56,635 nt of DNA from Patescibacteria group bacterium UBA2105 (GTDB taxonomy: Bacteria; Patescibacteriota; Minisyncoccia; Phycocordibacterales; UBA2100), in the NCBI GenBank assembly GCA_002331495.1, contig DCYR01000003.1:19727-76361 (forward strand), in the 5' to 3' direction. Shown here piece after piece: positions 36,901-44,159 of the stretch. A program made the position numbers and the translations under genes. Every line of letters begins with the position of its first letter. Position 1 is the first letter of the stretch. The notes beneath the pieces are model-generated. The model made no database searches and was not told the origin of the DNA. It was given only the letters and a program-made list of their open reading frames with translations.

Positions 36901-37150
36901 AGGTAAGTCGCTTGTGCTTAGCGTAGTGCTCGTCGTATTCTGGCTTTCCGAAAGTGAATTTAGAAATGTCCAGGTCGAACTTCTTGCCTGAATAGTCAGC
37001 AATCGGCGAGAACTCCTCAAAGACATTCTTGATGCCTTCCTCGATGAGCCACTTGTAGGAGTCCATTTGCTCACGTACAAGATTTGGCGTTTCGGTCATG
37101 TTCTCAGTGAACTTTCCGAAATGCTTTTTGGGCAATGCAGTGTTTGACAT
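33971..37150 (-). CDS. rpoB: DNA-directed RNA polymerase subunit beta
   Basis: Motifs are GRHGNKGVIS and EMEVWA. The start is taken at MSNTALPKK (37150). Confidence 0.95.
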   Translation of the reverse strand: MSNTALPKKHFGKFTENMTETPNLVREQMDSYKWLIEEGIKNVFEEFSPIADYSGKKFDLDISKFTFGKPEYDEHYAKHKRLTYKIPLRIEAKLINKTTGENKSQEIFLSDFPYMTDHGTFIINGVERVIVPQLARSYGVFFLKNEMKGAEYFGAKVIPARGAWVEIESEPDGAIYVKIDRKRKFPVTTLLKVFGLEDEKAMLKAFKGVEGAEEVIKASLENDETETTDDAYIEIYKRLRDGDLATPDNAREFVTSIFSEERYDLSKVGRYQFNHRFELPTTPKALESQVLTADDVVRIVGNIITLNNTKGATEDDIDHLGFRRVRYVGEMMQHQVRIGMSRMKRNIQDRMSTVDAETILPIQFVNPRPFQAAVMEFFSTNQLSQFMDQNNILGELEHLRTLSALGPGGLTRERAGFDVRDVHTSHYGRLCPIQTPEGQNIGLILRLAVHARLNDFGIIETPYARVKNGKVTDEVVYLNALDEEKYYIAHAATDRDKSGKFTSGLIEARKKGEPYFISPKEVDFMEVATGQAFSVATTMIPFLEHDDANRSLMGSNMQKQATPCIVPEIPYVATGIEENAARDSGRLVIADEAGTVTYADARKIVVKNTKGKEQEYSLVAFSRTNNMSVFHQRASVRAGDKVKRGQVLADTSSSVDGQIAIGQNARIAFMSWAGANYEDAIVISERLVKNSKFTSIHVEEFVAYVRDTKLGPEVTTHDIPNVSEMKLRNLDEEGVVRIGAEVRPGDILVGKVTPKGETQLTPEERLLRSIFGEKAKDVKDTSLRMEAGKRGRITGVRVFSRDNGDQLESGIIKRIHIEVAQLRNISVGDKLAGRHGNKGVISRVLPEEDMPYTKDGEPIDIILTPLGVPSRMNLGQILEMHLGLAAEEQGYQAIVPPFSGTTEEEITNELKKAGFPESGKLELYDGRTGEKFDQPIAVGNMYILKLHHMVEDKIHMRSVGPYSITTQQPLGGKAQNGGQRIGEMEVWAFLGYGAAYALREVLTIKSDDILGRSAAFDSIVRGERIRQPNVPATFNVLLRHLRGLALDINLEKDGNHDDK

Positions 37151-37383
37151 ACACACGTAGAACAAGGAACCCCTAAAGGGCTAGCCTTGTTTCTTCTTAC
37201 ACTTATTTTGATAAAAGGTTGTTCGGCGACACGTATCAATGCCGCTAAACAGAGTATTAAAAACCTTTTCGTAGCACTGTCTGCCTCGCCTCGCTCGGCA
37301 GACTGCCATAACACAATCTCACAAAAAGTACGCGCAATTCTACAGGAAACCTGTTTTTCCGTCAACCCAGGCGCTGAATATCT

Positions 37384-37461
37384 CAACCTCCCCCAAACCA
37401 AAACCTAAAAGTAACCCCACCAAATGTAATAAAACTCCTTTAGTTAACTTAAAGGAGTTTT
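37384..37461. repeat. Intergenic repeat copy R1: C/A-rich 22-mer plus a GTTAAC-centred hairpin
   Basis: CAACCTCCCCCAAACCAAAACC (37384-37405) is identical to 39433-39454. AAAACTCCTTTAGTTAACTTAAAGGAGTTTT (37431-37461) is a near-perfect palindrome. Confidence 0.85.
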
Positions 37462-37590
37462 ACAACCAAAAATACTCCCGTTAAACGAGTGGCTGACAAG
37501 GGAAACAAAACTCATGTAGCCTTTATTACATGAGGTAATCGCCTCACCAAGAAGTGCCCACGTGGCCAAACAACGAAAAGGAATAGTACC

Positions 37591-38049
37591 TTGCAAACCC
37601 ATGGTCAAACGGCCCTCCAGCAGCCAAACTTGCTGGAAACCGTGGATGCACATGAGCATCCCGAGCTTATCGCACGTCTCCAGCGAGAGTTGGACCTCGA
37701 TCTGCCAAGCGCGCAGCAGCTCTTTGCCGACATGAAGCGCTATCTCTATCTCTGCACTATCAGTGGCGAGAAGCTGGCGCCGACACCGAAAATCGACGCC
37801 GCGTGGCATGAGTTCCTCATGTACACGCGCGACTACACGTGCTTCTGCCAGCAGATGTTCGGAACGTTCGTTCACCATACGCCGAACCCGACGCTCACGC
37901 CGCACGAAGTGCTGGATCCGAACAGGACTTTCCAGCTCGCACAGCAGACCTTCGGCGAACTGGGTCCGAATTGGGACGTTGCCAGTGACGCCGAATGCTC
38001 GCCGGACAGTGACTGCCACGCCGACGGCTCTTGCGGTGGCGACGTCTAA
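37591..38049 (+). CDS. GC-rich hypothetical protein, GRDP/DUF1399-like (tentative; start uncertain)
   Basis: IDAAWHEFLMYTRDYTCFCQQMFGTFVHHTP resembles the WHxxxLxTxxY...HH motif of glycine-rich-domain-protein-like families. It has a Cys/Asp-rich C-terminus. The antisense ORF 37444-38019 is a GC-rich shadow. Confidence 0.4.
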   Translation: MQTHGQTALQQPNLLETVDAHEHPELIARLQRELDLDLPSAQQLFADMKRYLYLCTISGEKLAPTPKIDAAWHEFLMYTRDYTCFCQQMFGTFVHHTPNPTLTPHEVLDPNRTFQLAQQTFGELGPNWDVASDAECSPDSDCHADGSCGGDV

Positions 38050-38101
38050 TCGACGCAGCTTTGTACGACTATATGACCCTGGGAAGGGCGGATGATTAAG
38101 T

Positions 38102-38668
38102 TCACTCCGCCCTTTTCGCTATCAATTTAAATACGTGCCAATACTTTGGATCACCCTGAATGGTGTCTCCCTCGAGATCTTCTTCGACAAACATTATCGT
38201 GTGCATATCAGAGAATAACCCTTCGACCTCGCTACGCGAGAAAAATGACACGTCTTTCTTGTTGCTCCATCCGTCTCGTTCGCCAAATAACGTGATGCAT
38301 AGAACCCCCTCGTCCGTAAGGGCATTTTTTATTTTAGGAAGCAAACGCAACAAAGCATCTTTTGGTAAAAATGGTAAGGAGTTTATGGAAACAATAAGGT
38401 CGTACTTTCTTTCCCCATAATCAAAGTCTTCGAAGTTAGTGACTTCAGTATGCAACTTGTCGTTATTCACCTCCGCAGCACATTCCGATATGACAGGGTC
38501 TTTATCGACCGCCGTTACCTCGAACCCCTGTTCGAGTAGAAACTTGACATTACGCAAAGAACCTGCTCCTAAATCAAGTGCCAGTCCCGGTCCGGTTATT
38601 TTTACTGCACGAATAACGAGACTCGCCGGCTTCATGTTTTTACTCAATTCTGCATACGTTTGTGTCAT
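38102..38668 (-). CDS. Class I SAM-dependent methyltransferase (TehB-like)
   Basis: Motif I is ALDLGAGSLRN, with DLIVSINSLPFL also present. The start is taken at MTQTYAEL (38668). Confidence 0.7.
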   Translation of the reverse strand: MTQTYAELSKNMKPASLVIRAVKITGPGLALDLGAGSLRNVKFLLEQGFEVTAVDKDPVISECAAEVNNDKLHTEVTNFEDFDYGERKYDLIVSINSLPFLPKDALLRLLPKIKNALTDEGVLCITLFGERDGWSNKKDVSFFSRSEVEGLFSDMHTIMFVEEDLEGDTIQGDPKYWHVFKLIAKRAE

Positions 38669-38695
38669 TTCGAAACAATAGCACGACCGGGCTCT

Positions 38696-38762
38696 CCAAA
38701 CCAAAACCCAAACTACTCCAGTTAACTGGAGTAGTGAAAAATTTCCAGTTAACTGGAAATTT
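38696..38762. repeat. Intergenic repeat copy R2: 39-mer shared with R3 plus two perfect GTTAAC palindromes
   Basis: CCAAACCAAAACCCAAACTACTCCAGTTAACTGGAGTAG (38696-38734) is identical to 39442-39480. The palindromes are CTACTCCAGTTAACTGGAGTAG (38713-38734) and AAATTTCCAGTTAACTGGAAATTT (38739-38762). Confidence 0.9.
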
Positions 38763-39411
38763 ATTTAACGTAGGTTTCTCCCTCGGTTACGACCCCAATC
38801 TCACCGCCGATAACCTTGAGTGCCGATTGGTCATCGAGTCCATACAGAGGGATGCCGGGATCTTTTACTGATTCTAAAACTTCCTTTGTCGCCCGCGGAA
38901 AATGTGGGGAATTAAGATGCGGAATGAAATTGCAATCTACAAAACCAAGTGTGGGCTCTAAGTCCCCCTCGAAATTGTTATCTGGGTACACAGCTTTTAG
39001 TAAGTCTGGCGATAAGATTTCCCCCGCGACCATGCTCCCTGCACTTATTCCCATATATACGCGAGTCTTCAGCAGCTCTGGAAGTACCTCCTCAAGTCCT
39101 GATTCACGAAGAATACGAGCCAAGAATTGTTCGTTCCCACCACCGAAACAAATGAGATTCGCGTCTTCGAGACGTGGCAGCCAAACCTCTTTCCTTACAG
39201 CGGCTATATCAATGATATCGATTGATTCATATCCTTGCTCCTGAAAATGTCGCAAGTCGTCAATGAGCCATCCTTTGTCCCCCTCCTCGACATTTGCAGC
39301 GGTTGGGATAAATACCATCTTTATCTTCTCTGTAGGCAAGCCAACCAAATCAAGAACCGCCTGCGCAATACTTTCATTCTGAATCCCCGCCGATGTTAAA
39401 AGCAATTTCAT
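38761..39411 (-). CDS. Peptidase E / S51 family dipeptidase
   Basis: The start is taken at MKLLLTSAGI (39411). It has ICFGGGN and GISAGSMV (nucleophile Ser). The longer track ORF would read through the palindromes. Confidence 0.75.
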   Translation of the reverse strand: MKLLLTSAGIQNESIAQAVLDLVGLPTEKIKMVFIPTAANVEEGDKGWLIDDLRHFQEQGYESIDIIDIAAVRKEVWLPRLEDANLICFGGGNEQFLARILRESGLEEVLPELLKTRVYMGISAGSMVAGEILSPDLLKAVYPDNNFEGDLEPTLGFVDCNFIPHLNSPHFPRATKEVLESVKDPGIPLYGLDDQSALKVIGGEIGVVTEGETYVK

Positions 39412-39432
39412 GTCACGAGTATACCAAAACCC

Positions 39433-39549
39433 CAACCTCCCCCAAACCAAAACCCAAACTACTCCAGTTAACTGGAGTAGTTCAAAAAACCTTTCAGTTA
39501 ACTGAAAGGTTTTTGCTCTGTACCCAATACTGCGATTAATCGCAGTATT
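39433..39549. repeat. Intergenic repeat copy R3: 22-mer, 39-mer and three perfect palindromes
   Basis: The 22-mer lies at 39433-39454 and the 39-mer at 39442-39480. The palindromes are at 39459-39480 (22 nt), 39485-39514 (30 nt, AAAAACCTTTCAGTTAACTGAAAGGTTTTT) and 39526-39549 (24 nt, AATACTGCGATTAATCGCAGTATT). Confidence 0.9.
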
Positions 39550-39565
39550 CAAAACTCGGGGTTGG

Positions 39566-40213
39566 TTATTTCTTTTTAGATTTTTTCCACTCCTCTATTT
39601 TGGCGTGGTGACCGGAGACGAGCACTTTGGGTACTTTGTAATTCTTTCCTTTCCACTCGAGTACTTCTGGGCGCGTGTAAACCTCGGGGCTTGCGGTTCG
39701 AGACTCTTCAAGCGAGTCAGCACAGCCAAGCACGCCCGGCACGTGACGCGTAACCGCATCGGCAATAACCGCCGCTGGCAATTCACCACCAGTGAGCACA
39801 TACGGCCCAACTGAAACCGTCTTCGCTTTAAGAATCTTCGCAACGCGTGCATCGATTCCTTCATAGTGCCCGCAGAGAAATACGATGTGTTTCTTTTTTG
39901 CGAGACGCTTTGCATCTTTTTGCTCAAACTGCTTACCGCTTGGTGAAAAGAAGACCACTTCCACATCTTTTCTGTCTTTACGACCAATAGCCTTAGTCGC
40001 CGCTTTTAGCACGCTCTCAGCCTCGAGTACCATACCGGGGCCGCCACCGTATGGCTTCTGGTCGACACGTTTGTGTTTGTCGGCTGTAAAATCGCGCGGG
40101 TTGTAGAATAAAACTTTAATTTTCCTATCCTGCTGGGCACGCTTCAACATCGACACGCTAAAATACGCCGCAATTGACTCCGGAAATAATGTAACTATGT
40201 GAAAGTGTGTCAT
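39566..40213 (-). CDS. trmD: tRNA (guanine37-N1)-methyltransferase
   Basis: The sequence has HFHIVTLFPE, YGGGPGMVL and LCGHYEGIDARV. Confidence 0.9.
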   Translation of the reverse strand: MTHFHIVTLFPESIAAYFSVSMLKRAQQDRKIKVLFYNPRDFTADKHKRVDQKPYGGGPGMVLEAESVLKAATKAIGRKDRKDVEVVFFSPSGKQFEQKDAKRLAKKKHIVFLCGHYEGIDARVAKILKAKTVSVGPYVLTGGELPAAVIADAVTRHVPGVLGCADSLEESRTASPEVYTRPEVLEWKGKNYKVPKVLVSGHHAKIEEWKKSKKK

Positions 40214-40216
40214 GTT

Positions 40217-40798
40217 CTATGCTTTGTAGTAAAAAGAATCGATGCCGAGCTCTTTGGCCGCGGCTACGTTTTTCAGATCGTTATCGACGTAGAACACCAA
40301 GCCAAAATCTCCCTCAAATCCAATACGCTTGAGTACTTCCGTATAAAACGCATGATTTGGCTTCTTGACACCTAGCATACTCGAAGAGTAGAGCCCGTCT
40401 ACAAGGGCACCCACGTCTAATTTTTCGTCAAGATATTCCGTTCGATATTTTTCTTGATTGGTAACAAGAAAGCAAGATTTGCCTTGAGACTTAAGCTCCT
40501 TGAGAAGGTCTCTCATTTCATAATTAATGGTTGCCTCAGCGCCAAACCAATGCTCCAAAAATGTATCGACATCGCCACCCCACTTCCAGTCACGTAGACG
40601 CTTGGCTACCTCTTCTTTTAAATCAGCCTTACCAACTAAACATTCTTGGAATACTCCAGCAAAGAAAATGGTCATTAGGCCAGGAGAATTTACTTTTTTT
40701 TCATATCGCGTACTAAACGGTTCGTGCACACGAATCAGTACACCGTCGATATCAAAAAGGTACAAATCTCTTTCTTCAGGCACCCAGCTGCATGTCAT
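40217..40798 (-). CDS. HAD-superfamily hydrolase
   Basis: Motif I is LFDIDGVL, and VDNDLKNV is a motif IV-like element. Confidence 0.7.
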   Translation of the reverse strand: MTCSWVPEERDLYLFDIDGVLIRVHEPFSTRYEKKVNSPGLMTIFFAGVFQECLVGKADLKEEVAKRLRDWKWGGDVDTFLEHWFGAEATINYEMRDLLKELKSQGKSCFLVTNQEKYRTEYLDEKLDVGALVDGLYSSSMLGVKKPNHAFYTEVLKRIGFEGDFGLVFYVDNDLKNVAAAKELGIDSFYYKA

Positions 40799-40941
40799 TA
40801 CTTAGGTTTATAACACAAAACACTGCCTCAACCGTGTGGTGCCTGTGGGTTTCGAGAGCACGCCTTGATACTGATGTACTGAAGCTAGTGACGACAAAGC
40901 CCCACCTACTGATGGGGCTTTTGTATGCTGGTTAGTGAAAT

Positions 40942-41325
40942 TTAGAGCCCCAGATCCTCCATCGCCTCGTCTACAGATTTTGAAGCCGCTGCCTTGTCTG
41001 CTGCCGACATCTCCTTTGTCTCTTGGCGAGTTTCGGTGGCAGAATCTGTCTTTTCACGATGCTCTCGCGGCGGCATGCCACCCTCTGGCTCGTTTATCTT
41101 GAGGTTCACTCGGGCATCATTTTTCATACCGACCACGCGTAATAATGTACGGACTGCCTTCGCCGTATTGCCGGTGCGGCCGATAATTTTTCCCATGTCG
41201 TCTTTGTTGACGTCAAGGGTGAGTAGTACGCCCATCTCGTCTACTGTTCGGTTAATCTTTACGTCGCCGGGATTGTCTACCAACGCCTTCACTACGAACT
41301 CGAGGAATTCCTGATCTTGTTCCAT
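40942..41325 (-). CDS. KH-domain RNA-binding protein (YlqC/UPF0109-like) with a charged C-terminal extension
   Basis: It has GKIIGRTGNTAKAVRTLL (GxxG KH motif). Its position between rpsP and trmD matches the usual rpsP-ylqC-trmD neighbourhood. Confidence 0.75.
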   Translation of the reverse strand: MEQDQEFLEFVVKALVDNPGDVKINRTVDEMGVLLTLDVNKDDMGKIIGRTGNTAKAVRTLLRVVGMKNDARVNLKINEPEGGMPPREHREKTDSATETRQETKEMSAADKAAASKSVDEAMEDLGL

Positions 41326-41403
41326 GTTTGTATTTATTTTTTAAAATGTGTCGCTTCGGCGACTAGCTGCATTATTGCATGTGCAGAATACAAAGGGAAG
41401 ACT

Positions 41404-41901
41404 CTAGGCTTCTTTCTTTTCTTCCTGAGCTTCCGCGGGTGTCTCTTCTTCAGCCGAAGTTTCTTCTGCCTGGGTTTCTTCTTCGCGCTCTTCGACAGCA
41501 GAAGTTTTATCAGACACGACCGGCTCCTCTTCCAAGGTAGACTCTTCAGTAGTTAGAGTCTCCTTGCCGCTGTCGGCAGCCTCGACTGTCGGGGCCGCTT
41601 CTTGCTTCGTTTCCTCCTCTTTAACTACCGGATTCTTTTGCGGAAGAACATTTATGGTGTCCGCCTTTATGATGCCTGATTTCACAAGCATGTTGTGCAC
41701 GGTGCCGCTGGCTTGTGCGCCCTTGGCAATCCACTCCTTAATCTTGTTCTCTTCAAGATTCTGCTCCTTTGTTTTTGGGTTGTAAAAGCCCACACGATCA
41801 ACGTGCTTCTCGCTTTTGGGCCCACGGGTATGCTCAGTAACCACCACGCGAAACGACGGGTCGTTTTTTCTGCCAATACGTTGTAGCCTTATTTTTAACA
41901 T
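41404..41901 (-). CDS. rpsP: 30S ribosomal protein S16 with an ~85-aa acidic C-terminal extension
   Basis: It begins MLKIRLQRIGRKNDPSFRVVV...VGFYNP. The tail is rich in Glu, Thr and Ala. Confidence 0.85.
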   Translation of the reverse strand: MLKIRLQRIGRKNDPSFRVVVTEHTRGPKSEKHVDRVGFYNPKTKEQNLEENKIKEWIAKGAQASGTVHNMLVKSGIIKADTINVLPQKNPVVKEEETKQEAAPTVEAADSGKETLTTEESTLEEEPVVSDKTSAVEEREEETQAEETSAEEETPAEAQEEKKEA

Positions 41902-42075
41902 AAGTGAGCGCAACTATAGCAAAATTCGCTTTATTGTCTATACTTTTGGCACAAATTGTTAGACGCCCCCTGGAATAAGGGAGCGCCCGCTACTTCCTTG
42001 TTATGGGAAGCAAAAGAACCGACTGCTGCGCATGGTAGCATGGGACGATTACGGAATAGCTGTTGACAAGACGTT

Positions 42076-44019
42076 ATGCAACACAAAAAAAAGACAAGCA
42101 AGACTATAGAGGGCATCATCAGTGTCACCAAAGGGGGTTTAGGATTTTTTGCACATAAAGACTTCGCCGAAGACATTCGCATCGAACAGGAAAACCTTAA
42201 CACTGCGCTTAATGGCGACACTGTGAAAATCTTGGTATTCCCCAAGATGCCGAATGGCGAGCGTCGTACAGGAAAGGTCGTAGAGGTGGTAGAGCGCTAT
42301 CAGCACCAGTTTGTCGGTAAAGTAATACGAGAAAATGGCACGTGGCTGCTCAAACCGGACAACCAACGCGTGCACAAGCCATTTGTGCTTGAACACGTAC
42401 CTAAGGGCACTCCGGCTGGACACAAGGCACTGGTAGAAATGTTTCCATGGGTCAATCCAGAAGCAGCGCCACGAGCGAAGATTCTCGAAGTGCTTGGCCT
42501 CGCGGGTGAGCACGAAACAGAGATGAGGGCGATTCTGCTTGAGCGTGGCTTTGCAAGTGGATTTCCTCGCGAGGTGGAAACGGAGGCTGAAGGACTTCTT
42601 TCTATGCGCGAAGTGAAAGAAGAGGAACTGAGGCGGCGCGAAGATTTCCGCAGCACGCTTACTTTCACCATCGACCCACACGACGCTAAAGACTTCGACG
42701 ACGCACTTTCAATAAAGAAGCTCGAAAATGGCAACTGGGAGGTCGGTATCCATATTGCTGACGTTACCCACTATGTACGTCCTGGAACTCAACTAGAGAA
42801 AGAAGCGCAAAAGCGTGGTACTTCTGTATATTTAGTAGACCGAACAATTCCTATGCTCCCAGAGGTGCTCTCTAACGACTTGTGTAGCCTGAATCCAGGA
42901 GAGGAAAAGCGCGCGTTTGCCGCTATTTTTGAAATCGATGAGAATGCAAACGTGCAAACTCATCGATTTGCAAAAACGCTTATACAATCTAATAAACGCT
43001 TTACCTACAAAAGTGCCCAGGAGGCTATCGATACGAACTCCGGAGAACACGCGAATGAGCTTTCTTTGCTTTGGGACTTGTCGCAAAAGCTTCGACAAAA
43101 GCGCGTAGATGCTGGAGCAATAGAGTTCGACACCGACGAAATTCAGTTTGAGCTCGACGACAAAGGTAGGCCGATTAAGGCGTATGTTAAGGAGCGTCTG
43201 AACACGATGAGGCTTATTGAGGAGTTTATGCTTCTCGCCAATCGTTATGTGGCAACGCATATCGCCGAGCACTGCAAAGGCAAAAATCCCTCAGCCTCGA
43301 TGTTTGTATACCGCACACACGACACCCCCGACCCGGACAAAATAGAGGAGTTGAGCATCTTTTTGCGTGCGCTCGGACACGACCACCTGAGCAAAGACCC
43401 TCAACAAATTGTGGCAAAGGACATCGCCAAGTTGATGCGAGACATAAAGGGTACCCCCGAAGAAGCTGTGGTGCAAATAGCTACCCTTCGTACGATGGCA
43501 AAAGCTGTGTACAGCGACAAAAACATCGGGCACTTCAGTCTCGGCTTCTCGCACTATACACACTTTACCTCGCCCATTCGCCGCTATCCCGACATGATGG
43601 TGCACCGAATTCTAGCCGCACACCTAAACAAATCGCGGATCCCGAATGACGAAATTATGAGTTACCGTCAATTAGCTATCGCTTCAAGTCAGCGCGAAGT
43701 AGAGGCAGTTGAAGCCGAGCGCGAATCGGTGAAGTTTAAACAAGTGGAGTATATGAGTGAACGTGTCGGTGAGGTGTTTGATGGCAAAGTTACCGGCGTA
43801 CTCAAAAGCGGCATGTTTGTTGCAGAAGACACAACCAGGGCCGAAGGTCTCATTCGCGCCACAGATATCCCGGGAGACTGGTACGAGCTAAACGAAAAGC
43901 AGTATTCTCTCGTCGGCCGCAAGAGCGGGAAGACGTATCGCATCGGTGACAAAGTAAAGATGAGGTTAAAGAGTGCAAACCTCGACACCCGTGAAATAGA
44001 TTGGGAAGTTGTTGGATAA
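42076..44019 (+). CDS. rnr: Ribonuclease R
   Basis: It has an RNB core (TIDPHDAKDFDDALS, HFTSPIRRYPD) and a C-terminal S1 domain (GKVTGVLKSGMFV). Confidence 0.9.
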   Translation: MQHKKKTSKTIEGIISVTKGGLGFFAHKDFAEDIRIEQENLNTALNGDTVKILVFPKMPNGERRTGKVVEVVERYQHQFVGKVIRENGTWLLKPDNQRVHKPFVLEHVPKGTPAGHKALVEMFPWVNPEAAPRAKILEVLGLAGEHETEMRAILLERGFASGFPREVETEAEGLLSMREVKEEELRRREDFRSTLTFTIDPHDAKDFDDALSIKKLENGNWEVGIHIADVTHYVRPGTQLEKEAQKRGTSVYLVDRTIPMLPEVLSNDLCSLNPGEEKRAFAAIFEIDENANVQTHRFAKTLIQSNKRFTYKSAQEAIDTNSGEHANELSLLWDLSQKLRQKRVDAGAIEFDTDEIQFELDDKGRPIKAYVKERLNTMRLIEEFMLLANRYVATHIAEHCKGKNPSASMFVYRTHDTPDPDKIEELSIFLRALGHDHLSKDPQQIVAKDIAKLMRDIKGTPEEAVVQIATLRTMAKAVYSDKNIGHFSLGFSHYTHFTSPIRRYPDMMVHRILAAHLNKSRIPNDEIMSYRQLAIASSQREVEAVEAERESVKFKQVEYMSERVGEVFDGKVTGVLKSGMFVAEDTTRAEGLIRATDIPGDWYELNEKQYSLVGRKSGKTYRIGDKVKMRLKSANLDTREIDWEVVG

Positions 44020-44093
44020 CAAACTAGAGATCCACTCTAAAAATCTCTGCATGTGATATATCGCAGCAACACTGTGTTGTGCACCAACAAGCA

Positions 44094-44123
44094 CATTCTA
44101 TAATTCTATAGAATTATAGAATG
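44094..44123. repeat. Perfect 30-bp AT-rich palindrome between convergent rnr and smc
   Basis: CATTCTATAATTCTATAGAATTATAGAATG equals its own reverse complement. Confidence 0.9.
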
Positions 44124-44159
44124 ATTCGCCCGTCAAAAGTCTTGGTGCAGAGTCAGTGT

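Noticed and set aside
37444-38019. 191-aa minus-strand ORF overlapping the GC-rich gene
   Set aside because: It is an Arg/Leu-rich antisense product of a GC-rich coding region. The + strand frame carries the conserved-looking WHEF...HHTP motif.
37384-39549. Could the repeated palindromes be a CRISPR array?
   Set aside because: There are only three irregularly spaced modules, separated by whole genes. The repeats differ in length and sequence, and there are no uniform spacers and no cas genes.
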